Source of the DNA: Perkinsus chesapeaki ATCC PRA-425 | Taxonomy: Eukaryota; Protista; Perkinsozoa | DNA length: 44,146 bases | Reading direction: 5' to 3' | Assembly (NCBI GenBank): GCA_013115145.1 | Contig: JAAPAO010000274.1 | Location: forward strand, 1-44,146 | Shown: positions 25,557 to 38,500 of the stretch, piece after piece | Numbering within the stretch: the first letter of the stretch is position 1 | Layout: the number at the start of each line of letters is the position of its first letter | The notes under the pieces: generated by a model | Told to the model about the DNA's origin: nothing | The model's database searches: none | Seen by the model: only the letters and a program-made list of their open reading frames with translations | Made by a program: the position numbers and the translations under genes

Positions 25557-26648
25557 ATTCCCAGTTGAAGAGCAAACCGTCTCCTCATGCAGATCGCTGA
25601 TTTCAGGTTCTGTTGTTTTTCTGTGGTATTTGGTCTGTCCTATCTGTTATTGCGACAATCATATTTGCCGTATTTGCTGCAAATAAAAGACAATCTAATG
25701 TAATAGATGAAGCCCGCTAGACTTGCTGAATAAGTGATCTGCTGAAGAGTTTGTTTTTGGCCGTCTCACCATCGAAGATATCTTACCACACCATAGTAAT
25801 CCGCTTTTGCTCTTCAGTTAACTCTTTTATCGGTTGTTTTCGCCTGTCTTCTCACGAGCCAAGCAGTGGTTACTTTTTATTCTGAGAATACTCAACCGAT
25901 GTTGACAAAGGCAGTGACTAAAGGATTTGGATGGGTAATATTAGGGCTGCGAAATGCCGGTTAAACTTTCATATTGATAGTGGAGGTTTCCTTCGATCGA
26001 TGGCGTCCCGCTTGTCTGATATTGTGACGTAACAGAAACGCTTCTTTTTCAGCTATTCCGGAATCCCCCTCGAATGGCCACTTTCGTGTGGATACTCACA
26101 ACTATTGGAGCCGTGGTAAGCAGTTGGAAGTGTTGCGCGCCCCGCATTTTCTGCCCAGACGGCTGGAAGCAGACCTAGTTTAAGCATAAAAGGAATTTAT
26201 TGTATGGACCGTCCATAAATCATGGTTATCCGTTATGAACCATGATGGATGACCATGTTATCGTTCGTAACGGACGATAACATGTGCCTGGAGGTTCCAG
26301 TCTGGAATTATGAGAAAAATGTTAATGCATTTACGTTGAATGTTAAATGATTCAACAGAACAATCATTGTACTACAATGGCAGCGCGAACCTTACTAGGT
26401 CAAGTGGAACACTTGAAATTGTAAATCACTATTCGGAAACCATGCCCTCCTGAATTCTCTACATTTCTCGATACCCAAGTCTCACTGGAAGCTTTTCAAA
26501 CCTAGTTCCTCGGAAGTCCCGGTGTTGATGTCGTTCTGCTCCCATACCCGAAATAAAAAACCAGCTCCCGAATGCATCTCTTTCTTTGGTATAGCGTTCA
26601 AATACTGCAATTCATGTGTTGGAAGGTGCTCCAAATTAGAGCCTCTAA

Positions 26649-27294
26649 TCAAATGATGCGAACCACGAGTAAGACATTTGACCCCGCGCAGTATAGCACT
26701 TCCAGCCAGCGAGCTTCATATCTCCTCGCAACCCAACGACATAGTTGACGAGCTGAAATCACAATCGAGATGAATTCAACGTGACTTCTTGGCATCCTGG
26801 CAAAATATGAATGCCTAGCCAGAGCTCTATAGTTCTTCATGAACCTCCGCAGCTTGAAGAGTTTTCGTCAGCTTCGTCGCGTTTTAGCTGCACATCACGC
26901 AGGTCCTCCATATGCGGAGCCGATCTACTGAACTCCGGATAAATGGAGACGAACACAGTCTCTACTTGCTTGCAGAACTCTGCCGAAGACCAGGTACTTT
27001 CCCCAACTTGGGGGAAAGGATCTCAACAGGATCTCGAAGGCCCTCCTTTAGGGTCTCCGGCCCCATCATCCGTACAAGTCCATCTGCGTTTCTCAGGTCA
27101 ACAACGGATCTCTCACCACTAGCATCCCTGGCCAATGCGCCGACAGTCCACCCAAATACTATACAATAACTTCTTTCATCAATATTAATTATATCACTAA
27201 CAGCCGCAACACTACTTCTAAGAGCAAATACATGTATTTGACTTATAAGGCTTGATACCAGAAGCAGCGTGTATCGCTGTGATGCTCTCAGCAT
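26649..27294 (-). CDS. Probable small spliced secreted protein, unknown function
   Basis: Signal-like MLRASQRYTLLLVSSLISQIHVFALRSS within ORF 26962-27306, followed by AG/GT-flanked open segments (RSAPHMEDLRDVQLKRDEAD; LVNYVVGLRGDMKLAGWKCY..FASFD*). Confidence 0.35.
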
Positions 27295-29061
27295 TAGTCT
27301 CTCCATTTTCCACTCGACGCTACGAAGCCGACCAAATGTTGCTGTGAGCGAGCCCGGGATGGTTTAAAGCCAGTAAATAGAATGCACCGAGCAGCAAAAC
27401 TGCGAGTCTTTCCTTGGTGTCGATGTCGGTTGACATGGCATTGTCTACACGGTGACAGTATTTATCGTTCATCATGGTTAACACAACCAGGTTGTGAGCT
27501 CCGTTTCGACCACTCGAGAGGCTATGACAACGAACTGTGTACTATATCCAGAACTATCTCCACTATAACCCCAGAACCGATTGAAGTGTTCACTTAACAC
27601 TGTTCAGTCCATACATGGCTAGGGGAAATCCCATCGAATATCCCTTAATATTCCAGCCCACAAATATCAATGGCTAACTCGTTGAGAATCGATTGCTCGA
27701 TATTATCGAGCTTACAAACGGAAACGAAGAAACTCGAGTCGGTTCGTTCAGGATATTTAATGGACGAGACTAGAAAATTCACGAGCAAATGGATTCATTT
27801 CCTCGTCGAAAACTCGGTCAATGTAGGAAGAGTGTTAGCCGCCGCCCCGGGTGGATTTTGTAGCTATTTTAGAGCTCGCAACTTGCGAGTCGCAAGGCGT
27901 GATTTTCAGGACTTCTGATTGCCGAAGTTTGCTCAAGCAATATATTATCCTCTCAGCGCACTCTTCCAAGCGAACCTTTGTGGGATTGGGAATTTCTAGT
28001 GCCTTTCAGCTTGAGTTGTTTCTCCCTTATATTTTCAGATTGTCTATGGGTTTCTAATATCTGCATTATCATCCCCGGCGGCACCCGGGACTCTCAAGAC
28101 TGCCGGCTTGATAACATTCATTATTATTGGTATAGCTTGGTTGAGTATATCTGTTGGCGTGGTGAGTACTTGGGTCTGTGTTTGTGAGAGTTTCCGGAGT
28201 TTCTGTTGATACCTGTCAAATTTACACTGTGAAGTCGGGTTGGTCTTCCTGAATATCCGACATTCATTAGACATCATAGAGCTTTTCCGCGATTCGGGAG
28301 ACAACTAGCAATTTTTCGTTCAGTCATCGAAATAGCTACCGTGGTGGTACCACGTTGATTTGCTTATTGACAGCTTATTCAATATATCGTTTTTCCTCAG
28401 TTGTTCTCGTCGATATTTCGAGATGTGAGATTCCAAGTAGGCGATGGCTGGGAAGAGCTGCATGAGACTGAGTAGGCATCAGCCAGACATTAAGTTCCCG
28501 GTAACATCATTGTTAGGGAGCCTGGTACTATAGGACGCCCTAGTCGCATTTGAATACAAGTTTCTTAGTATCATTGAGTGATGTTAAATTGTTCCAATTT
28601 CCCTCTCTTGGAGTTGTGTTGTAGTTAATAAAAGAGACTGTAGATTTATATCATTGATGTAATATCAACTCCTCACAACCCCTTGATTAGTGTCGTTTAT
28701 TCGGTTAATTCAACTAATAAGTCAACGCATATAGCCAGGCTATAGTAGCCTGCCTGATGTCGGAGTCCGACAAATTTGCCAGTTTGTCTGCCAGACAGTG
28801 TCGGGCCGGTATTGCCGGTTCATTTCCACTAATATTCAGTGTAGGAGTGCTTTAGCTTTACATATTGTAATATATGTGTGAGGCTCGCCGTGTGTTGGAT
28901 CTAATAACTTATTGGCCTTGATAAGCCTTAGTAACTATGATAGCAGCGTTGACATTGTAAGCTGATGTGGAGATAGCCTGAAGATAGCACCCACTATACA
29001 TCATATTCAATATAATAGTGATTACCACTCCTTTTCTCTCAGGGGGTTCATTTATTACGTC

Positions 29062-29637
29062 ATGACCAAGACAAAACCGTTTACTCTACGCGAGGCTGCT
29101 GAGTTCAACCAGTACTGGTATTCTCGAAAGACAATCGAGACGCTCATCGATGAATTGCTGCATCTTCAAGAAAGTCGTAAACCCGAAGAAGGACCTCTGC
29201 GTGTTGCATGCCTGTCTACTCCGAGTGTATTTTTTACCATAGGAGCATCAAAAGAGCTCAAAGGTACACTAGATTGTTGGCTATTCGATTTCGATCCGCA
29301 ACTCCTCCAAGAGAAGAACTGTACAAAGTTTGACTATCGCGAGCCAGAGGGAATCCCACAGGATTTGATGCACGTTTTTGATTGCGTTGTAATTGATCCT
29401 CCCTTTATAACCAACGAAGTTTGGAAGAGTTACGCGATTGCCGCGAAGTTGTTGGGCACCGAAGGATCGGCCATTATCGGCTCGAGTGTTCGTGAAAACG
29501 GTGACCTTCTTCGAGATCTGCTTGGGATGTCGCCTGTCAAGTTTCAGCCATCGATTCCCAACCTTGTGTATCAGTATGACTTTTTCACTAACTATCTGGC
29601 TGATGGCCCACTTGGGCAGATCAATACTGAAGTCTGA
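29062..29637 (+). CDS. EEF1AKMT1: EEF1A lysine methyltransferase 1 (N6AMT2/Efm5 family) homolog, 191 aa, intronless
   Basis: Family motifs EFNQYWYS, RVACLSTPSVF, LFDFD, FDY and FDCVVIDPPF. Confidence 0.92.
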   Translation: MTKTKPFTLREAAEFNQYWYSRKTIETLIDELLHLQESRKPEEGPLRVACLSTPSVFFTIGASKELKGTLDCWLFDFDPQLLQEKNCTKFDYREPEGIPQDLMHVFDCVVIDPPFITNEVWKSYAIAAKLLGTEGSAIIGSSVRENGDLLRDLLGMSPVKFQPSIPNLVYQYDFFTNYLADGPLGQINTEV

Positions 29638-30598
29638 CATGCTTGCGTGATGAAATAAACATTTTCCATAAAGCATCGAAACTTGCGTTTCAGGTAGTCC
29701 CGACGCACTGCCAACTCGAGGAGCAGCACTCACGCTAGGGTAACAATCATTCCTACTGGGGGTTCCCAGAAAACCATTTCCCACGCAATTCTGGCCGAGC
29801 GTGGCTGCCGATCTACACTTTCAAAATTCCACGCAACGCAACGACGCACCTTTGATATTTTGGATATAAGTTTCATCTGACACCCTTCATGCAGTTTTCA
29901 GTCCCCGACGGTACTCAAAGCATTGAGAAGTACATCCTACACCCCCTCACACAATTTTAGCAAAAGTTGTGCGCGACCTAAAAAGTGAGTTCTACTGAAC
30001 ATTTAGCGCCCATACTTCTGTACCCACAGCTTTTGTGGACTTATAAATCCTACCTTTCTAGGATGGTCATTAAGGTCCTTTGTCCCTGAACCGAGTTTCT
30101 GTTTCTCAAGGTTTTTTTTGAGTGGAAGTGAACAGTAACACTTTTGAAAACCGAAAGAGGAGCTCCTCTGTTTGCAACTACACTTATCGCGAGCACAAGG
30201 CGTTGTTAGTGAAACTCCTGAAGGATCTCAGGTATGATGGGTGGGGAATAAGCGTCCCCCTCCCTCCCTGTTGACTAACGCTGCTCGTATGTTTGAACTG
30301 GGAAGGTCAACTACGAAGTGTCGAGATCTTGGTCCTAATCCAAACGCTTAAAGCATCCTAGACACTCGACTAACACAACGTAACGAGTTCGGTTTAATGG
30401 GGACGAGTATACATCTGGCGGCAAGGAATATATACTCAATATAAGACTATACTAAATATGGGACATAACTAGATTGTACTACAATAATTGGATGGCGAAG
30501 CCGCTCTTCAATGAATACAGATGCTCCACAGGAGGAAAAATCAATAAGCGTTTAAAGCTTGTTGGTCTCGCTAGTAGAATTGAAGCTACTTGAAGGCA

Positions 30599-30976
30599 TT
30601 AGCAAGATGGGAACCATTCAAGGCCAGCACTTCCACCGACATTCCAGGCATTATATCCTTCGTCGTATACAAACTCACTCCACCACTTAGGATCCCAATT
30701 CCAACTGCCTTCCTTCCATATAGAAGTATCTTTCATAGTCAGCCATTTAGTTTGGTTGTCAAAAAGGTATTCGCTATGTCTGCTGGACCAAGACGAACCG
30801 AACCAATAAACCAGGTCGATCTTGACTGACTCTTTGGTCGAGTTGAAGGTGGGCCTCATCATATACCACATCCATTTAGCATTTTTACAGTATTGGTGCC
30901 CTTGAAAGGGCCATTTGCTGCCCACTGACACCATCACATTGAGAGCAAAGGTTAGCAGAATAGTCAAAGAAGCCAT
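30599..30976 (-). CDS. Small Trp-rich secreted protein, 125 aa
   Basis: ATG-initiated, signal-like MASLTILLTFALNVMVSVG, 13 Trp residues, TAA stop. Confidence 0.7.
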   Translation of the reverse strand: MASLTILLTFALNVMVSVGSKWPFQGHQYCKNAKWMWYMMRPTFNSTKESVKIDLVYWFGSSWSSRHSEYLFDNQTKWLTMKDTSIWKEGSWNWDPKWWSEFVYDEGYNAWNVGGSAGLEWFPSC

Positions 30977-33262
30977 GGGTAAACGTTGAAGCTACTGGAC
31001 AGGAATTATGAACGCTTCTATGATAGAGATCCAGCCAGGAGTCCTCGCCGAGGATGATGCAGTTCAACTGTTTCATCAGTAACTGATGCAGCAGTTGAAA
31101 CAAAAGCTTAGGTGAGTGAAAATCATAGGGTATGCAAATGCAATTCATGCGTGCTCACACGCTTCACTACATCCTTCATATGCAAATGCTTCCGCCAGTT
31201 CTATTGACTGCCTTGATACACTCATCTATTATAGGTGCTCAGTGAGTTATGCTCACCTTCTCACAGGTTAGTTCTTCATAACATCCAGTCTCGAGCCGCT
31301 TACGTACCATCATCAGCAAGAATGGCGCACCGTGTGAGCATTTGTAGTGATTTTATGGATTTTATGGAGATGTTAGCTAATGGTATAGAGCAAATACCTT
31401 ATTATTTATAGTTACGATCAGATTAGAAAAGTGATTGATGGCGTTTTGATGCCAGTAAATCGTTATCAGACTTTATGTGTAGCACAAGATATTGTGTGTA
31501 GCGTAAAATAGCGTGCTTGTAGGGAGCGCACGTTGTGTGTTGGTTGCACCACCCATGGCAGTTTCGGGGTCACCCGGGGTTGAGTTAGTCAGTTGAACTC
31601 GCAAAGCTAAGAGATCTCTATGGTCGAGTCTTTTATACCTTGTATGAGGCTTTGAGAACGCTTTATACTTAGGGGTTTTTTATTGTTCTTGTTGCTCGGT
31701 CAACCATTATCACTACTAGCACTAAATGAGCGATCATCCATCTGGCAGAGCTAGTGTTGAGTTAGAAGAAGACGAAGCCTCGGTTCACGGTTCCGTCCAT
31801 AATCAGCCCGAAGCCGTACCGAAACAGCATTTGTTTAGCTGCATCGAATTCTCGGGCGTTGAACATAAACTCATACACATAGCTAAATTGAATAACTCTT
31901 ATAAAACAAAGGACGGAACTATTTTAGGAGAAACCTGTCATGCGAAACTTTTGGCCCGACTCTCTAATTCCCTGGATTTCTTGCTGTATGGTATCTACTA
32001 GTACTACAGACCTTGTATCAAATTGGTACTATCAAATTCATAGTATCAACCACAAGAGCTATTTAGCTAGAGCTCGGCGCGTATGAGCCACCACTTGTGA
32101 TTATCGTACCGTTCACGGCCCGCGAAGAAGCACGGCACGGAAGAAGTGCTCCCACTAAACCGGAAAAGGGATGAACTACATTCTTAGGATGGTAGAGAAC
32201 CGCTGAAGTTCTGAGAATGTATGAATCCTATTGCAGGATATCGAGTCGGAAGGAATCCTGTTTAGGATAATTATCGATGCTGCACGCCTTTGCAAAGCGA
32301 ACCATCAAACGCCGAGCCTTTCACTGCACTACTACACGATCTCAAGATCTAATTAGTAAGAACGCAGAACAAATTAATATTGCCCAGAACAAATTAGTAA
32401 AAGTCCAGACACCAATTTCGTGTCCAGAGTGAACGGAAGCTCAATGCATCATCAGAGGGTCCATTCTGCGGTGAATGCTTGATACGCCTCCTCATTCATC
32501 GTTTGCGCCAGTCGATTCTCATCACTACCCACATGATGATGGAGGTTAGTAACCTACATCATCACCTCAGTAACCTCATCTTACGCCTTCGAAAGGAATA
32601 GGTGGATCACAAATCATGAATCACAATCGGCGAAGTTGATCGGAACAAATAGGTTGCAGTTTACAACCCATTTACCGAGGGTGATGCACATGTGCATGAA
32701 ATGGTATACGCGGCTTTATCGACATCATGATTAGCAGGTTTCTCAATTGATCTGGGGAAGTAGATCATTTCAATTTTAGTTAAATTCATATAATTGAATA
32801 AGTTCCAACAAATAAGAGAATAACTGTGCCCAATAGAAGGGCAAGTTAATAACGTTACCATGGCATTGCCGATAATCGCATGGCGATGACGTGCTGCTTT
32901 TCGTACAACAAGTCAGTAGTGCCATCTGGGCTGATCGCTAATGCTTGTCGACCCTGTGTCGACCAGTGTCGTATCCCGTAAAAGTCTTACTGAGACTAGA
33001 ACGAATATCTCGCTAGTAACTAGTTTGTTCCTCATTGTCAGACTGACAATAAAGAACAAAAGTATCAATGTCTGACAATGTGAGTGAGCGTATCAACATT
33101 CAATGGATAAGTGATAGTTCATGAAACGCAACATATCAGAGTGAAGGAGCCTCGGCTTATGAGAGCGACTAAAATTGGACAATTGAACTAATGTGCCGAC
33201 TCAGTCAGGTAGCGACAAAGCCACTGACATAAAAGAATGATACTCCTCACTGAAGAAGGAAT

Positions 33263-35552
33263 CTACTTTTCGTCAGGATTCCCACTAAGAACGGCAGATT
33301 CTATGCCGCATTGGTGTAGTCCAACCTTGATGAGGCCATTATCGCCCCATTCTTCATTCCAAGAGTTAACAACCAACCAATATTCCTCACCGTTCTCATT
33401 TCCCCAGCCGATTATCTTCATGCTATGCCCACCAAGTAGTGCGCCTGTGACATGCTTATAGACACCAGATTTGTAAGTAGTAAAGTCTTCGTAGACCTTC
33501 ATAGCTGCGGACACCTGAACGATATGTCAGTGGGTGACATTTACCTACCACATGTCGATCATAGCTGTTTTGCACCCTACTAGCCGGCCCAATTACGAGA
33601 ATAAGCTGTAAATCAACTTGACCGGCTTGCACTGTAGGGACTACCAAAAGGTGGGCACAGCCGTCTACAATACCGGGTAGCAATGCATGAATAATATGCA
33701 TTGCATATAGTTGCCCACCAATGCTTACCTACGTGCTTGGGTACAGGAGAAAATTTACATAGAGGCCTGCTACGGGCCGCCCGTGGCAATGCTCGGAATA
33801 GGGCCCTACCTCATTATTAGGCCACCCTAACCTACCGGACCATTATCCATGATTTCCTTCTTAATATTGTCAACATCTTGGAGACGCTTTGGGTAAGACG
33901 AGGTGTAGTGGCGATCCCTCAGTAAGGACTGGCTCGATAACGAACTCTTTCAAAGCTTACTTGGAGAAAGGCTGCCGATACTTTTGGTTTGGGCAACTGT
34001 GCATGCACTCTGGCGTATTGTACTTAACCTAAAGCAACATATCATCTTCCATTGGCTATTCACAACGAGAATCTTACCTTGCTGCATGTCGCATACTTTG
34101 GGCTTACCATGTGATGAGCGCATTTGGGGAAATTGTACGGCCAGCATCCGTCAGACTCTTCCATTTTGTCCTTCGCAACATAGTCACCACCTAAGTATAG
34201 TACGCTAATAACACAAATTAACTGAAACACATATAACTATTCACGAATGACTTATAACAATGAAACTGGACTCCAGTTTCGCTTGGTTTGGAGATATACT
34301 CCAGTTACGGGAGTATATCTCATAGTTGATTAAACACCTCGAATACAATGGGAACGTGTGATATCTTACCCGAAACGACACCTTGGACATTCAGCCAAAG
34401 CCATCCACTTAAATCATCACCGCTTACACAGCCGTGAGATCTAAGACAATGGGGTATTATTAAGCCACTGTTGAGGTGCGTCTATTGGTAGTTTTAACTA
34501 GTAAGGCAATCGGCGTTCTGCCAAGTTGGAAACGCATGAGCTAAACTTGAGCTTATTAATACTCCAGATAATTTCTGTGCGTATTTGCCACTGATGCGCT
34601 CGCACGCTTATTAGATAACAATATGCTTATTGGTTACTCATATTCTGGCCAACGGCAGCAAGCGATCATGTGGCCAGGAGACAGTAGTTGCTGGAAAGCT
34701 CCTCCAGTCCTGATACAAAGCCTATCGTTGAAGGCCTCGGTAGGAGCGAATGCCCAGCATGAACCACAGTCAGATTGATCCCTAAGAAAACCCAGCCATG
34801 TTGCTAGCAGCCAATAACTACTATCAGCTAGGGATAGCAGTCTGCTCACCTGACATGCCCGATGATATCTTTGCAAGCCGGGAATGCTTCTCGAGTATCG
34901 AAACTTCCAGGCAAGTCTTGCAGCTCTTCATTCAAGAAAACTTTCTCCTCGAGAGCCTCTTTTGCATCCATAAGTGTACCACATAGCCTCTTCACATCCT
35001 GTACGGTTGCACCTATCCCCTCATTGCAAGAGTCGGGTTCTAGTAAGTTACCTTTCAGTCTTTTCTGCTCCATCGAAGCTGTCCACGTATTTTGCTTCCC
35101 GTTTATTTCATCGACGAGGCTTCGCAGTAGAACAGGCCTGGTCTCGTCAAATATGTCTATTAGTTCTTCGAGTGACATGGACTTGGAGCGTAATTCTAGC
35201 TGCTCTTTGAAATGGCCGAAGTGTTGGTCCATTTCGCTGGCAGTGTAAATACGTCCTACCATCACCGATCGCCCCGAATGTTGGGAAAGGTCATACCTCT
35301 CTGAGATATTAACCTTGCAAAAGATACATTCAGTTCCCCTTCAGGCCAGAGATGTAGAACAGCACTCCTGTTGCTGAAGAAAAATGAAGGTATCAAACCC
35401 ACCAAACGAACCTAAATTTCGGTCTTTACCTTGGAGAGTAAACCTTCGAGATCTCCTCAGTGACTATGGCCTTAAAAGAGGATTATTGAAATAACCTACT
35501 ATATACTTACCATCAGGGCACTGAACAGGAAGGAAAGTCCAACGAACGCCAT
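33263..35552 (-). CDS. CTSB: Cathepsin B-like cysteine protease (papain C1A), multi-exon, with signal peptide and propeptide
   Basis: [14 protein letters not shown]|AIV..; pro-region [16 protein letters not shown]; [21 protein letters not shown] (catalytic Cys); occluding loop [13 protein letters not shown]; [36 protein letters not shown] (catalytic His and Asn). Confidence 0.96.
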
Positions 35553-38500
35553 CGCGAGAATAGGGATTTCACGATAGCAAACTGCTAATTGAGAAGTCCC
35601 ATAGTTAGACCCTCATATTATCCCTAGAGCCCTTTGGAGGGGTGTTCCGAGTGGCCCCAGACATGTCAAGTCCCGTCACGGGACTCCTCCGACACGTAAA
35701 GGGACAGCCTGTGGCGCAAAGGGCCCGTTGGAATTTGGAAATCACCATTAAGCCTTTCTCATATCCTGCACGAGCGAAGCTATTGTCTTGGGTACTTGTT
35801 GTGCAAAATTTCAGCAGAGAAATGAACACTGGAAGGTTCACGATGAGCATTTAGAGAATCATTATGCGCCGCGCGTCCAACAGCGCTTGTTTTCCAACTT
35901 GCTTTAGTACCAGTCTAATACTATATTTCCGCTCACAATGCGCAAAACGCTCGGTTTCTAAGAAATGAGTTTGCCAGCCTTAGCATGAGTGGAATTCGCG
36001 GTTCGCCCAAGGTGTCCTCCCAAAAAGATTGGAAAAAGTTCGTAGATGCACTGTCTCCGGGCCCACACATTGTGGCTCCTTTGGATAGGTGCGCTCCGAG
36101 GTGCGATACTACTTCAGCTGCAGCTTACCGGATTCACACGGTGCTACTTGCGTTGCCGACACTGAAGATTGGATTTTTTAATGCTCGTCCCAGTAAGGCT
36201 CTATTTTTAACCGAGCCCTCTTCTCGTATACTAATCTAGTCCCGGACTACTAGTCCGGGCAGTGCCACTCTAAAGTGGGAATGTCCAGGCCAAATACTGT
36301 TGAATAATGTATGAGACATGAAGTGTAGGATATTGGATAGTACGTCTAGGATACAAAGGAAGTCTACAAAGGCTTCTTCTTACTCGGCCTCTTCTCGAAA
36401 GGTGAATTCTCTATGCACGCATGTGCATTGGATAACAGGGCCTCCAACAGTTGGGCCCAACTGTTGCTTCGAGCCAAAACCGTTGTTCAAAATTCATATC
36501 CTGTGTTCAGCTCACTGGCTTCCTCGGTGGAGAGAATCAACCCAGGTCCTTCTTTCAGCGGTGAGATTACCTCGGGTTGATCCTCAATCATTGTGCATAG
36601 CCCAGAACACGTTGTGTTCAACACAAGTAGATGTCCTGAAGCCTACATCTTTTTTCTTTCAATTCACGATAATTGTCGACTATCTTGAGATTTCTCGAGA
36701 AAGGCATTTGATTTCGATGTTAGTGGCAGGCAGTCCCGTTGCTGTGTAAGTCGTGTAATCTCGGTGGTTCTCCTTATCACTGTTCACCTCGTTAACAGTA
36801 TGTGACAGATACTCCCACTGCGGTGATGGTAAATACCATATGCATTAATATTTGGCATCCTTAGGGAGATCATGTCGAGATGACTCTTGCAGTGCTCCGT
36901 GATGTGTCAAAAATAATCCACTACTCAGAATTCAAGAGAGGTTATAAAAACATGAAACTAATTTATCATCCATATTCTTCCCTAACGAAATCCGCATAGT
37001 CGAAAGTATTGTTTTGTGCCTTAGTCGGTTGAGGCAGATATCACCTGTAACTACTGCGGGGGTGAAGGATGATAACTCACATTTGCTGCTCGACTGCAAG
37101 TGACCAAAGCGGTCACGTTTTCGGCCTCTTTATAGACGAGAGCGGAACTCTCGGGCAGATAACAATTTGTGTGAGACGTTGTGCAGCGGTCGCAAATTTG
37201 GAATTTCTGTGAGGAACTCTACGTCAGACACTTGCGGAATGCAGGATGAGGTTATCAAATAGCCTTACTGAGCTCATTTTGGGAAGCCCACCTGGATGTG
37301 GTCGCTCGGCAAGACTGAATACTTTTGGTGACTCGAAGTATTCGATCGAGTCCTAGAGATGAAGCTTGTTGTGTCGCACCTTGAGAGTCGTTGTGTCTCG
37401 GTAGTCGTACACATGCCCTCGGTTGCATAAGTGAACCTTGCTAGGAGGAGTAGGCTATTTCAACACCAGTTACATTCCTCTGGGTGAACCATCCAGTGAC
37501 AAAAACAGTATAGGTATTAAACTCTCCCGTCAGCGGTTGCACGTAGAATGGATAGTCTAACTGAGCCATTTTTGGCGTTGGACTATAAACTCACACACAG
37601 GCACACACATACGAAGCAGCACGAATCTTCTCCCCTCCTCGGCCACGATAAAGTCGGGGAGCTTCCTCGATCTTGGAAAGTTCCCAACGGAAACGATGTT
37701 ACGGATTGGAGGATGCGGCGTCCGATGTCTTATGAGACTCGTCTCGTAGCACCTTGGATTGAACAATAATTTGAACAATAGTTCATAGTGAAAACTGGTC
37801 CAATTGAAGACACCGGACATCCACCTCGGTGGCTTGATATTCCCGGAATCAGTCTGCCTAGCGAAGGAGCAATTGACGAGCAGCGGCCTTCTTTCTTTTG
37901 TTTATATATATACCTTCTGTTATTGTATTGCATCATGTAGAGCTTACCAACAGGGAGTCATAAAGGAACGTCTCATGCTCCTAGAAGGTATGTATTTCTG
38001 GGAAAATACTTTATTATATCGCATTCATCCCCGAGGAACACACTTCTGTAAGCCTATACAGGAGTCCCTGCTCACGTCTCTCGCAAGCCACAACAATTTC
38101 AGCAACCGCGAGGAGCCCTCCACGACGCACGGTGGTTGGATGGGAGGCAGCCTCCTCGTGGCAGGCAAGAGCTTCTCCGATATGTACTGAAATACGCCAG
38201 TTCGCTCCCGGAACGAATGATTCTCACCGCAGCTCCGTTGGCTGTGTTTCAATAAGTGTTACCATGGATACGAAGGTAACTGTACATTCACGCAGTAGTT
38301 GCCACACTTCCAGTCTGCATATGAAATATCTGTCTCAAATTTGTCGTATATGTTTTTGAGATCCTCTGTTTTAACCAAGAACGTTGGATATTAGCATATT
38401 ACCGACAGTGGGCAACCGACCAGCCGATTTACCAGTCTGGTGCTGCCAGGCATATTCACAGTGTTGCAATTACATTTTAACTCATCTCCAAAGCCGTTAT

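Noticed and set aside
31726-32001. 91-aa ORF as a gene or transposon fragment
   Set aside because: No motif, splice support or signal peptide.
37563-37577. Relict spliced leader (agccatttttggc), also ttttggctc near 36475
   Set aside because: Only 9-13 nt of partial match to the 22-nt SL and not at a gene start, so compatible with chance.
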